Shown here one piece after another: positions 27,636-35,407 of a DNA stretch of 38,630 nt. The position numbers and the translations under genes are program-made. Location of the stretch: positions 1 through 38,630 of IMG/VR virus record IMGVR_UViG_3300049009_000262; one strand, 5' to 3'. Position 1 is the stretch's first letter; every line of letters begins with the position of its first letter. Below the pieces are notes generated by a model. The model searched no databases, had not been told where the DNA came from, and saw only the letters and a program-made list of their open reading frames with translations. Origin of the DNA: a virus. Taxonomy: Duplodnaviria > Caudoviricetes.

Positions 27636-28199
27636 ATGACTGATATATCTCGTAGCCCAGACCGCGGAACCTTTCAACTTGAAAACTATCTTGCACGTAA
27701 GGCAGAATTAAGTGAAGAACCCAGTGATGCTTACATTGAACTGTTTAAAACAATGTCAGAGCAGAAACTAGAGCAAGAACAAGATCCAGAATGGCAAAAG
27801 GATAATCTTGAATACGATTTGCGTACCAGCGCAATGATCAAAGAGAAGTGCCAAGAGAAATCTTACGCACAGAATTTGTATGCGGCACTGTGCAATATGC
27901 AGTGGCAAAGAATAGACGTATTTCCTATCCTGACGAACCAATACTGGTCTTGTAGCTGGCGTTATGCCGGCGGAATAATTGCAGATATTCGCGAAGAAGG
28001 TGATTACATTGATTGGTACTGTAGTGGCATTCGCGGCACAGAGATTCTTGATTTTGAATTCAATAATCTCACACAAGAACAGCAAATGGAATACAAAACC
28101 CAGATGGCCTATGTGTCGGAAGGTGTTGTGACCATCGAGATCAAGGAAGACCTTAAGACCTTGGGCTGGCAACCCGAAGAATGGCCAGACACAGAGTAA
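27636..28199 (+). CDS. Hypothetical phage protein
   Basis: YAQNLYAALCN...WSCSWRYAGGIIAD...DWYCSG motifs. Confidence 0.75.
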   Translation: MTDISRSPDRGTFQLENYLARKAELSEEPSDAYIELFKTMSEQKLEQEQDPEWQKDNLEYDLRTSAMIKEKCQEKSYAQNLYAALCNMQWQRIDVFPILTNQYWSCSWRYAGGIIADIREEGDYIDWYCSGIRGTEILDFEFNNLTQEQQMEYKTQMAYVSEGVVTIEIKEDLKTLGWQPEEWPDTE

Positions 28200-28216
28200 A
28201 ACGGTGAAATTAGTTG

Positions 28217-28245
28217 TTGCTTTTTATAAAAAGATTCTATATAAT
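28217..28245 (+). promoter_or_regulatory. sigma70 promoter
   Basis: TTGCTT-17nt-TATAAT, followed by a small hairpin and AAGGAG RBS. Confidence 0.6.
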
Positions 28246-28291
28246 AGACAAATGCTGTAGAAAACAGCTACTTAATTTAAGGAGATTTTAA

Positions 28292-28561
28292 ATGCAAGTT
28301 ATTTCAACCAAAACCAAAACCCACAAACTTCTTACCGCTTTGCAAGCTGGCGAAGTTTTGACTGCCAGCCAGATCGCCAAGCGTTTCAGCATTGGCAATC
28401 CAACTGCCGAAGTTAGCCGCATTCGCCACGCCGGCTTCGTTGTTTACGCTAACAAGCGTACAGCAGGCAACGGTGTTCGCGTTACTGAGTATCGTACTGG
28501 TAAAGCTAGCCGTGCAATCATTGCCGCTGGTTACAAAGCAATGAGTATGGGTCTAGTCTAA
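28292..28561 (+). CDS. Winged helix-turn-helix DNA-binding protein
   Basis: LLTALQAGEVLTASQIAKRFSIGNPTAEVSRIRHAG; own promoter, RBS and terminator. Confidence 0.7.
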   Translation: MQVISTKTKTHKLLTALQAGEVLTASQIAKRFSIGNPTAEVSRIRHAGFVVYANKRTAGNGVRVTEYRTGKASRAIIAAGYKAMSMGLV

Positions 28562-28581
28562 TTTAAATTAGACGCTTGTTT

Positions 28582-28607
28582 AAAAAGGACCTTTGGGTCC
28601 TTTTTTT
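28582..28607 (+). terminator. Rho-independent terminator
   Basis: aaaaaggacc-tttg-ggtccttttttt. Confidence 0.85.
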
Positions 28608-28608
28608 C

Positions 28609-28637
28609 TTGACCATTTCGTTAAATACTGTTATAAT
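28609..28637 (+). promoter_or_regulatory. sigma70 promoter, leaderless-type
   Basis: TTGACC-17nt-TATAAT with TGn; ATG at 28644. Confidence 0.75.
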
Positions 28638-28643
28638 AGCATT

Positions 28644-29456
28644 ATGAAAATCCATCTTGTCAGCGACCTACATTTAGAGTTTGGCTATCAAACATTGCCC
28701 GGTGGCGATGTGTTGATCTTAGCCGGGGACGTCTGCGAGGTGCGTAGTCTTCAAAGAGAATTCCATCAGACTAAATTACTGGATCGTGAACCCGGTGCGT
28801 TCAAGTGTGCAGATTTCTTTGAATTCGAATGCGCCAAGTACGAAAAAGTTTTTATGGTTATGGGTAACCACGAACACTACCACGGTAGGTTTGACAAGAC
28901 CTACCACCAACTCAAGGACCTACTGCCGGCCAACGTGACTTTGTTGGAAAAGGAATGCTTTGAATACCAAGGCGTGTTGTTCCTTGGTGGTACCTTGTGG
29001 ACTGACCTTAACCGCGGTGATCCTATCACTGTGTGGACCATAAAGCAAATGATGAATGACTACAAGGTTGTTCAACATCATTATGCAGAACGGAATCTGT
29101 ATCACAAGTTAACCCCAGATGTTACTGTAGGCGAGCATCGCAAGACATTGCAGTATTTTAAGTTGATGTTGGAAGAACGTCGAGATATGCCCGTTGTGGT
29201 TATTACTCATATGTCTCCTAGCTTTATGAGCGTTAACGAGAAGTACAAACACGAAACCACTTCCAATGGTGGTTATGCCAGCGAGCTCAGTGAGTTCATC
29301 TTGGACCACCCAAACATTAAAGTTTGGGTTCACGGCCATATGCACGATCCTGTTGATTACCAAATTGGCGAGACTCGTGTACTGGCTAATCCACGTGGTT
29401 ACGTTCCCTACGAGGAACGTAACGGGTTTGACCCCGACCTGTACTTTGAGGTGTAA
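28644..29456 (+). CDS. Calcineurin-like metallophosphoesterase
   Basis: SDLH, AGD, GNHE, THMSP, HGHMH, NPRGY. Confidence 0.9.
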   Translation: MKIHLVSDLHLEFGYQTLPGGDVLILAGDVCEVRSLQREFHQTKLLDREPGAFKCADFFEFECAKYEKVFMVMGNHEHYHGRFDKTYHQLKDLLPANVTLLEKECFEYQGVLFLGGTLWTDLNRGDPITVWTIKQMMNDYKVVQHHYAERNLYHKLTPDVTVGEHRKTLQYFKLMLEERRDMPVVVITHMSPSFMSVNEKYKHETTSNGGYASELSEFILDHPNIKVWVHGHMHDPVDYQIGETRVLANPRGYVPYEERNGFDPDLYFEV

Positions 29457-29503
29457 AAGTAGTACTTTTTAGTACTACTTTTTTGTTGTATTTTTACAAC
29501 AAA

Positions 29504-29539
29504 ATTTCGGTTGACACTCTGCCCGAAATGCGCTATAAT
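29504..29539 (+). promoter_or_regulatory. Early sigma70 promoter with ATTTCGG-N12-CCGAAAT palindrome
   Basis: TTGACA-17nt-TATAAT; AAGGAG RBS downstream. Confidence 0.8.
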
Positions 29540-29569
29540 ACATACATACAGACACACAAGGAGCTCAAG

Positions 29570-29746
29570 ATGCAAATAACTACAGCTATCGCCCAACTCA
29601 ACAAAGAGTGCGAATTTTTGGGTACGGGTATGTTGGAACTGTTACAAGACATTAAACAACACGGTTCTATGGTTTACGGTGAACGCACAATGATTGCCTA
29701 TCGTGTGTTTATGTGCGAAGGTTCTAAAATGTTTGCTTCAGCTTAA
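29570..29746 (+). CDS. Hypothetical early protein
   Basis: AAGGAG RBS before ATG 29570. Confidence 0.65.
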   Translation: MQITTAIAQLNKECEFLGTGMLELLQDIKQHGSMVYGERTMIAYRVFMCEGSKMFASA

Positions 29747-29761
29747 TACAAAGGAGTCACC

Positions 29762-30046
29762 GTGGAACAACTCACTACCGTCCAGCAAATCAACTCTGCT
29801 ATTATGTTTGGTAACCTAACCAACACAGAATTGTCCAGTGTAATCAGTGCCGTGCAATATGCCCGTGCTCAGATGACCAAGCAAAAGATTCGTTCTTTTG
29901 TCAAAGGCGATACTGTTAAGTTTACCAGTAACCGCAATGGTGTAACCTACACCGGCACCGTCCGCAAAGTTGCCATCAAGTTTATCACAGTGGACACTGG
30001 TTCATTGTTGTACAAGGTTCCTGCAAATATGTTGGAAGCGGTCTAA
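29762..30046 (+). CDS. Hypothetical early protein (SH3/KOW-like C-terminus)
   Basis: AAGGAG RBS, GTG start; KGDTVKF...TGTVRKV. Confidence 0.65.
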   Translation: MEQLTTVQQINSAIMFGNLTNTELSSVISAVQYARAQMTKQKIRSFVKGDTVKFTSNRNGVTYTGTVRKVAIKFITVDTGSLLYKVPANMLEAV

Positions 30047-30273
30047 TGCGCCTAAACGATATACTCCAATGGACTGGGGCAGTGTTCATTATCATAGGAC
30101 ACATCTTCAATTCCATTGGGCCCAGTGTTTATCCCTATAACATAGTGGCATTCACCTTGGGCACTGTGGCCTTTATGACCTGGGCCGTATTGGTTAAAAA
30201 CCGGCCGCAGACAATAGTCAATGTTGTGGCAATCGTTACTTGCTTAATTGGCCTAGTCAACGCCTGGAAATAA
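30046..30273 (+). CDS. Small multi-pass membrane protein
   Basis: Three hydrophobic segments; TAATG overlap. Confidence 0.7.
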   Translation: MRLNDILQWTGAVFIIIGHIFNSIGPSVYPYNIVAFTLGTVAFMTWAVLVKNRPQTIVNVVAIVTCLIGLVNAWK

Positions 30274-30274
30274 A

Positions 30275-30556
30275 ATGAACGAACGAACAATCAAACTTTA
30301 TGAAGAGGCAACAGAATTTGCCTATGAATCTGTTGGCAAAGAACATTCTGACAAGTCTTATTTCCAAGCCGCGATTGCGGGAAAGTTTGCCGAGTTGATT
30401 GTTCGGGAATGTATCAATGTTGTGGCAGTGGAGCGTGATCGGCAGTTGATGGAATTTTATTCCAACGAGCAACAGAATGTGAGCCGATTCCAGGGTCTGA
30501 CTGGAACCTTTTTTACGGTTGATGCGATTAAGAAACATTTCGGAGTTGAAGAATGA
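30275..30556 (+). CDS. MNER/KFAELI/HFGVEE family paralogue 1
   Basis: MNERTIKL...KFAELIVRECI...IKKHFGVEE. Confidence 0.75.
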   Translation: MNERTIKLYEEATEFAYESVGKEHSDKSYFQAAIAGKFAELIVRECINVVAVERDRQLMEFYSNEQQNVSRFQGLTGTFFTVDAIKKHFGVEE

Positions 30557-30753
30557 AAAACTTCTTGCTCAACGTAGCCTGGTGGTCATTAACTGCTATC
30601 CTGCTAACCTACATTGTAACAGTGACAATTGTTGCTGTGGTGTTTGTTTGGTATACTCCTATCTATACTAGAATGTTAAATGCACTAGATGGTATGGACT
30701 CTTGGCGTCGCAATCTACCTATTTTTAAACAACACTTTAGCGTGGCAGAATGA
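30553..30753 (+). CDS. Small membrane protein with degenerate HFxVxE tail
   Basis: TM helix; ends KQHFSVAE; ATGA coupling. Confidence 0.6.
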   Translation: MKNFLLNVAWWSLTAILLTYIVTVTIVAVVFVWYTPIYTRMLNALDGMDSWRRNLPIFKQHFSVAE

Positions 30754-31145
30754 ACTTAACAGCATACAGCAAAAACAAGTTGATGCAGACATTTGCAACT
30801 TGGAACGTGCCTAAAGATTTTGCAGAACCTTTTTACAACTATCTGGTATATGGGTTTTCACCGGGCAGTTGTTTTACCGCAGTTCTTGCTAATGATTTTG
30901 CAAGTGCAATCTCACGTAGCCATCCATCAAACACCATTGAGGCATACAAAGCACTAGTGGGTTGGATTCGTGACACTGTGCCCAAAGAAGGATATGGCAG
31001 TTATGAAAAGGTCAAGGCCTGGGGCGGCATCAATGATGAACAACGTAGAATTATTTTGGAACACTATGGACTAATCTTTACCAACAAGGAAGAAGTTTGG
31101 AAAGTCCTAAAAGATGAACCTACAGTTGAACCATATTTGTATTAA
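30750..31145 (+). CDS. Hypothetical phage protein
   Basis: YLVYGFSPGSCFTAVLAND...YGSYEKVKAW. Confidence 0.7.
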   Translation: MNLTAYSKNKLMQTFATWNVPKDFAEPFYNYLVYGFSPGSCFTAVLANDFASAISRSHPSNTIEAYKALVGWIRDTVPKEGYGSYEKVKAWGGINDEQRRIILEHYGLIFTNKEEVWKVLKDEPTVEPYLY

Positions 31146-31154
31146 GGATTCATT

Positions 31155-31481
31155 ATGAACGAACAAGTTAAAGAGCTTGCCGGGAAGGCATTAGATCAAG
31201 CAGTGCCACAAACTTGGACTACATTGACTGCCTATGACTTGACCAAGTTTACAGAAGTGTTCGCCGAGTTGATTGTTCGGGAATGTTGTTTGGCGCTGTG
31301 GACAGAAGAATGTCATTCAAGTGACTTAGCCTTTGACGAAGTAAAGCGCAACGCTACACGGATCAAAGAACACTTTGGTATAGACCCAAATGAAGTCACA
31401 GAAGATATGTTAGCCCGTTCTATTAAATGGATGGAACAACAGTTAGCAGATAGAAAGAAACATTTCGGAGTTGACAAATGA
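31155..31481 (+). CDS. MNER/KFAELI/HFGVEE family paralogue 2 (duplicated HFG tail)
   Basis: MNEQVKEL...FAELIVREC...IKEHFGID...KKHFGVDK. Confidence 0.75.
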   Translation: MNEQVKELAGKALDQAVPQTWTTLTAYDLTKFTEVFAELIVRECCLALWTEECHSSDLAFDEVKRNATRIKEHFGIDPNEVTEDMLARSIKWMEQQLADRKKHFGVDK

Positions 31482-31603
31482 AACTATACCGACACAGCAA
31501 CGGTAAGTTAAGTCTTTTCCCCGAGCATATTCCCAGGGGTTGGGAAGTTATGTTGAATCCAAATACATTTGAAGTTGTATGGCGTAGGATTGGATCAAGA
31601 TGA
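31478..31603 (+). CDS. Small hypothetical protein (41 aa; absent from the ORF track)
   Basis: ATGA overlaps on both sides; MKLYRHSNGK...RRIGSR*. Confidence 0.6.
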   Translation: MKLYRHSNGKLSLFPEHIPRGWEVMLNPNTFEVVWRRIGSR

Positions 31604-31821
31604 GTGACTCAATTGGCATAACTGGTTTTATTGAAATATTCGAAGGTCGTCTTCAGAAAATGAAGCTACACCTTAAAGAAGAATTAAGCAAGGCCAAAAG
31701 CGATAGAGACCGCAAGAGCATACGCAGGATTACTGCTGATGCGAAGAAGCTAAACAAGACTCTTAAAGAAATGCGTAATGCTTCGGCTAAACTATGCCCG
31801 CATTGTGGAGAGAAACTATGA
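31600..31821 (+). CDS. Coiled-coil protein with C-terminal CPHCG
   Basis: 73 aa, basic helical, CPHCG. Confidence 0.65.
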   Translation: MSDSIGITGFIEIFEGRLQKMKLHLKEELSKAKSDRDRKSIRRITADAKKLNKTLKEMRNASAKLCPHCGEKL

Positions 31822-32021
31822 ACAAACAAATAGATGATCTTATGTATCGCGCAGGACTCACGGCACAAGGTTGCTGGGACGAGTTGGGTACCTACGAACA
31901 AGAAGCCATTGAACGATTTGCTGACTTGATTGTAAAAGAGTGCATTGATGTTGTTGCCAGTAAGTGTGCCAGTCCAACGGCTTACCAAGCATTGATGAAA
32001 CATTTTGGAGTTGAAGAATGA
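31818..32021 (+). CDS. MNER/KFAELI/HFGVEE family paralogue 3
   Basis: MNKQIDDL...RFADLIVKECI...MKHFGVEE; GGAG RBS. Confidence 0.75.
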   Translation: MNKQIDDLMYRAGLTAQGCWDELGTYEQEAIERFADLIVKECIDVVASKCASPTAYQALMKHFGVEE

Positions 32022-32164
32022 CAACGTGGTTTGTATATTACCAGAGTCCTCGAGGATTTTCTGGTATGGTCACAGTGGATGCGTCATCCAAAAAGCAGGC
32101 CGAGGCGTTGTTTTTAGCGGCGTTTGGGATCGGTCACCACATCGAATCGATTACAGACAGATAA
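32018..32164 (+). CDS. Small hypothetical protein (48 aa; absent from the ORF track)
   Basis: ATGA-coupled MTTWFVYYQSPRGFSG...ESITDR*. Confidence 0.55.
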   Translation: MTTWFVYYQSPRGFSGMVTVDASSKKQAEALFLAAFGIGHHIESITDR

Positions 32165-32182
32165 CTAAATCGGAGTTGAACT

Positions 32183-32683
32183 ATGAACGCAACTAACCCT
32201 ATTGAAACACTGGCAGGTGCTATGGCTCACGCTGCCTACGAAGCCTTTCCAGAGTTTCATTACAAAGACCGAGATTGGCCCAAATATGATAAATGGCGCA
32301 GTGAAGTCTTTGACAAACTTTCCAAAGAGGAAAAAAAGGTATTGTATGATGAGGAACGTAGAACTAACATCCATATGTGTCCTCCTGAGTGTCTAGTTGA
32401 AAAGACTCGCAAGCACTCAATGTATGATTTAACTGTGTGCGCTATGTTCCCCCAGACTTGGGGTAGCACTGCACTAGGGTTTGGTGGTGTTGGTGGACAG
32501 GCCATTACCAGTGCCTATGTCTGCATCATTGAGTCCAATCTCTTGGGGCAGTATGCAGTTTACTTTGGCGGCAGATTGGCCTATGTCATTGAACGGCCCA
32601 ATGAAAAGTTTATAGATGATATCTCCAGCCAGCGTATGGTTGATGCACGACTTGGAAAGGCAACATATGAACGAACGAATTAA
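32183..32683 (+). CDS. Hypothetical phage protein (FPQTWGSTALGFGG type)
   Basis: 166 aa; GGAG RBS within the junction repeat. Confidence 0.75.
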   Translation: MNATNPIETLAGAMAHAAYEAFPEFHYKDRDWPKYDKWRSEVFDKLSKEEKKVLYDEERRTNIHMCPPECLVEKTRKHSMYDLTVCAMFPQTWGSTALGFGGVGGQAITSAYVCIIESNLLGQYAVYFGGRLAYVIERPNEKFIDDISSQRMVDARLGKATYERTN

Positions 32684-32909
32684 ACTACTTACCGAACAGG
32701 CTGAATTAAATTTAGAACTTCAATCTCTAAGGGTAGAAAAGTTCGCCGAGTTGATTGTTGCCGAATGCATTGAACAGGTAAGAGGACAATATGTACCTGT
32801 AATAGAAGATAAAGAAATGATGAAAGACACTCATTGGGATGGATACGTCCAATGCGGTGTCGATAGTGTTGTAGCAATCAGAGAACATTTTTTCGGAGTT
32901 GAACTATGA
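32667..32909 (+). CDS. MNER/KFAELI/HFGVEE family paralogue 4
   Basis: MNERIKLL...KFAELIVAECI...REHFFGVEL. Confidence 0.75.
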   Translation: MNERIKLLTEQAELNLELQSLRVEKFAELIVAECIEQVRGQYVPVIEDKEMMKDTHWDGYVQCGVDSVVAIREHFFGVEL

Positions 32910-33082
32910 TTAGACTTTGGTTGGCATTTGTTATCTTTGCAGTCTTGATTCACTTTGGCATTACTGTTTGGCGAAAGCTGGACGGAAAAGAGCGTTGGTC
33001 ATTGACAAAGACCGCGTTCTATAGTATAATTGTTTCACTGCTAACGCTAGCAGTGATGACAACAATCGTAGTTTTATTTTAA
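32906..33082 (+). CDS. Two-TM membrane protein (58 aa; absent from the ORF track)
   Basis: MIRLWLAFVIFAVLIHFGITVW...IIVSLLTLAVMTTIVVLF*. Confidence 0.65.
   Translation: MIRLWLAFVIFAVLIHFGITVWRKLDGKERWSLTKTAFYSIIVSLLTLAVMTTIVVLF
33002..33030 (+). promoter_or_regulatory. Consensus sigma70 promoter for the SPFH gene
   Basis: TTGACA-17nt-TATAAT inside the upstream CDS. Confidence 0.75.
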
Positions 33083-33090
33083 GGATTTGT

Positions 33091-33177
33091 ATGATCAATG
33101 ATCTTTATCTTCGCCCAATGTACTTTGCTTTGGGTTTTGTTGCCTGTTTCTTTCTTTTTTCCACTGGAGTTATCTAA
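33091..33177 (+). CDS. Small membrane peptide (28 aa; absent from the ORF track)
   Basis: AAGGA RBS; MINDLYLRPMYFALGFVACFFLFSTGVI*; TAATG overlap. Confidence 0.5.
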   Translation: MINDLYLRPMYFALGFVACFFLFSTGVI

Positions 33178-33977
33178 TGAAGCGTATTTTCACTCTCTCT
33201 ATTTTGGCTGCTGCCGTTTTGGCCGCAGGTTGCACTCGTATCGAAACCGGCGAAGTTGGCCTCCGAGTGGGCTTTGACAAGCAGGTTAAGACTGAGGAAC
33301 TGCTCCCTGGTTCGTTTAATCAAACTATCATTGGTGATGTGCTAACATTTCCAACAAAAGAAATTAGTGTTAAAGTTGAAGATATGACTCCTTTGGCTAA
33401 AGATAATAGCACAATGAAGGACTTCGACGCATTGGTTACATATAACATTAACCAGGCACAGGTCGCAGAGATCTACAATAGTAAGAACAAGAGTTTCCAC
33501 GCTAGCCATAACGGCGATGTCTACTTGATGTACAACTACATCTTCAATGCCGCACGTAACGCTATCTATAAGTCCGCACGTAAGTACGAAGCATTGGAAA
33601 TGGGCGATGCCCGACAGGCAATGGAAACTGAAATCAAAGAACAAATTACACGTACACTTGCCGAAGAAAAGTTGGACGGAACTATTGTAATTGGTCAAGT
33701 ATTGATTCGTAACATTGTGCCGGCAGACAGTGTTGTGGCCAGTGCTAACGAATTGGTCAAGGCCAAGAACGAGTTTAAGACCGAAGAAGTCAAAGTGGCC
33801 ACAGCACGTAAGCGTAATGAAAGTATGCAGGCCAACCCAATGGCTATTCCTTTGCTCAAAGCAGAAGCTGAAGCAGATGCTATGCGTAGTTTGCCAGGCG
33901 CTATTGCCGCTTTCAAAGGTCAGACACTGGTTATTAACGGTGTTGTAACTCCTACAGTACAAACTAACGGCAAGTAA
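33177..33977 (+). CDS. SPFH/Band 7 (prohibitin-like) lipoprotein
   Basis: Lipobox LAAGC; RIETGEVGLRV; core followed by an Ala/Glu coiled coil. Confidence 0.8.
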   Translation: MKRIFTLSILAAAVLAAGCTRIETGEVGLRVGFDKQVKTEELLPGSFNQTIIGDVLTFPTKEISVKVEDMTPLAKDNSTMKDFDALVTYNINQAQVAEIYNSKNKSFHASHNGDVYLMYNYIFNAARNAIYKSARKYEALEMGDARQAMETEIKEQITRTLAEEKLDGTIVIGQVLIRNIVPADSVVASANELVKAKNEFKTEEVKVATARKRNESMQANPMAIPLLKAEAEADAMRSLPGAIAAFKGQTLVINGVVTPTVQTNGK

Positions 33978-33978
33978 T

Positions 33979-34206
33979 ATGGACCAACGAATTCGGCAAC
34001 TTGCCGTCGAGGCTGGAATGTACGTCGACCTCAAAGGCGAGCCTTGGCCTAAATGGATGGGTGCTGAAGAATGTGAAGTAGCATACGTAAAGTTTGCCGA
34101 GTTAATGATTCGAGAATGTGTAGAGATCAACAATAAAGAACTATCATTTGTTGCATTTGAGAGATTGATGAACAGGTATCAAGAACATTTTGGAATTGAA
34201 CTATGA
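33979..34206 (+). CDS. MNER/KFAELI/HFGVEE family paralogue 5
   Basis: MDQRIRQLA...KFAELMIREC...EHFGIEL. Confidence 0.75.
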   Translation: MDQRIRQLAVEAGMYVDLKGEPWPKWMGAEECEVAYVKFAELMIRECVEINNKELSFVAFERLMNRYQEHFGIEL

Positions 34207-34367
34207 GTTTTAGAACAGCATATTCCAGTTTGAAGCCGGGTAGAAAGCCCAGCAAGCCGCAGGGCTATTTGCGTGATCCTACTCCCGAAGAATGGAAAAA
34301 GACAATGGATGAATATTACAAGCAACAAAATCAAAGCCGATACAACGGCAATAGGGGACGTTGGTGA
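34203..34367 (+). CDS. Small basic hypothetical protein (54 aa; absent from the ORF track)
   Basis: ATGA/GTGA overlaps; MSFRTAYSSLKPGRKP...RGRW*. Confidence 0.55.
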   Translation: MSFRTAYSSLKPGRKPSKPQGYLRDPTPEEWKKTMDEYYKQQNQSRYNGNRGRW

Positions 34368-34594
34368 GCGAACGAATTCGACTACTTGCTGACCAGTCTG
34401 ATAAGTTTGCCGATGATAAAGTACAAATGCCGGGTGAGTATCATCCAGATTGGCACGATATTCGTGATGAAGAATTTGCCCGGTTGATTGCTTACGAATG
34501 TATGGACCTTGCTCTCGGTTCAAGTCATAGAGAAGATGATATGGGTGCTATCATTGCTAATAAGATTAAGAAGTATTTCGGAATTGAACGATGA
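34364..34594 (+). CDS. MNER/KFAELI/HFGVEE family paralogue 6
   Basis: GTG start SERIRLLA...EFARLIAYEC...IKKYFGIER. Confidence 0.72.
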   Translation: MSERIRLLADQSDKFADDKVQMPGEYHPDWHDIRDEEFARLIAYECMDLALGSSHREDDMGAIIANKIKKYFGIER

Positions 34595-34719
34595 ACGAAT
34601 ATTTAAAAGAGTTGGCAGTCAAAGCCGGCGCACCCACAGAAGTCATTGACGAGTTGTGGTTTAATATTTTCTGTCTGAAATTTGCAGACATAATTATAAA
34701 GGAGTGCGAAAATGTCTAA
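34591..34719 (+). CDS. MNER/KFAELI family paralogue 7 (lacks HFG tail; absent from the ORF track)
   Basis: MNEYLKELAVKAG...KFADIIIKECENV*. Confidence 0.62.
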   Translation: MNEYLKELAVKAGAPTEVIDELWFNIFCLKFADIIIKECENV

Positions 34720-34909
34720 GATGAAAAATGCAATGTATTACGAGGTTGCCCTGCACACAGGTGGTAGTCATTACCCTGATGTGGGCGGAGAACTGTTGGA
34801 AAAGTTTGCAGACACTATTGTAGAAAAGTGTCTTACAATATGTGAAGAACATCCAACTTGGACTGGACGAATGATCGCAGAACAAATTAAATTGGAGTTT
34901 AATCAATGA
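34712..34909 (+). CDS. KFAELI family paralogue 8 (divergent)
   Basis: LEKFADTIVEKCL...IAEQIKLEFNQ; AAGGAG RBS. Confidence 0.65.
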   Translation: MSKMKNAMYYEVALHTGGSHYPDVGGELLEKFADTIVEKCLTICEEHPTWTGRMIAEQIKLEFNQ

Positions 34910-35121
34910 CATCATTGGTAGAGCCTGTTACAATTTACTTGCCCTGTGGCGGTGTTGCTAAGTTTGTTGAATATGGATCGTCTGCATATCAGTGCGAAAC
35001 CTGCGGCTACCAGGGAGTAGCCGGGGGCGAAGACAATGCCTGCTACAAAGAAATAGAAAAATTTAAAGAAATGGAAAGCCAGGGAGATTTTGAATGGACC
35101 GACGAAGATGACAACCTATAG
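34906..35121 (+). CDS. Small zinc-ribbon-like protein
   Basis: PCGG...CETC...C. Confidence 0.6.
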   Translation: MTSLVEPVTIYLPCGGVAKFVEYGSSAYQCETCGYQGVAGGEDNACYKEIEKFKEMESQGDFEWTDEDDNL

Positions 35122-35407
35122 ATTTAGGCCACAGGCAGTCTCTAAAGTTTACACAATGAAACTTAGGCTTAGGACTGGCAGTGCTGAAAGCTATAACTGG
35201 CAATCCAGGGCTCGATGGATAAGAGATCCTGACGCAAATCAACATATCTTACGGGTGTTTGGACAGCTACATTACTTGGCTTGCCACGCACCTATGCCTG
35301 TTCAAAAAAAGTGGGCAACGACCTACAGGCGATTTATGAAGCGTTTAGAGCCAAAACAGGCAAGTGTGCGATATCATAATACTTGGGCATTTAGCAGGTG
35401 GTTGTAA
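35108..35407 (+). CDS. Hypothetical basic protein
   Basis: ORF overlapping the previous stop; start uncertain. Confidence 0.55.
   Translation: MTTYRFRPQAVSKVYTMKLRLRTGSAESYNWQSRARWIRDPDANQHILRVFGQLHYLACHAPMPVQKKWATTYRRFMKRLEPKQASVRYHNTWAFSRWL

Noticed and set aside
32005-32196. 63-aa ORF in the track
   Set aside because: The ATGA-coupled frame 32018-32164 with a GGAG RBS fits the local gene pattern better.
33342-34133. 263-aa minus-strand ORF
   Set aside because: Antisense shadow of the codon-biased SPFH gene; no motif and implausible composition.
30275-34909. Paralogue junction repeats as a CRISPR array, attC integron or DGR
   Set aside because: Repeats are degenerate, non-palindromic and mostly coding. 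No cas gene, integron integrase, reverse transcriptase or adenine-specific TR/VR pair is visible in the window.
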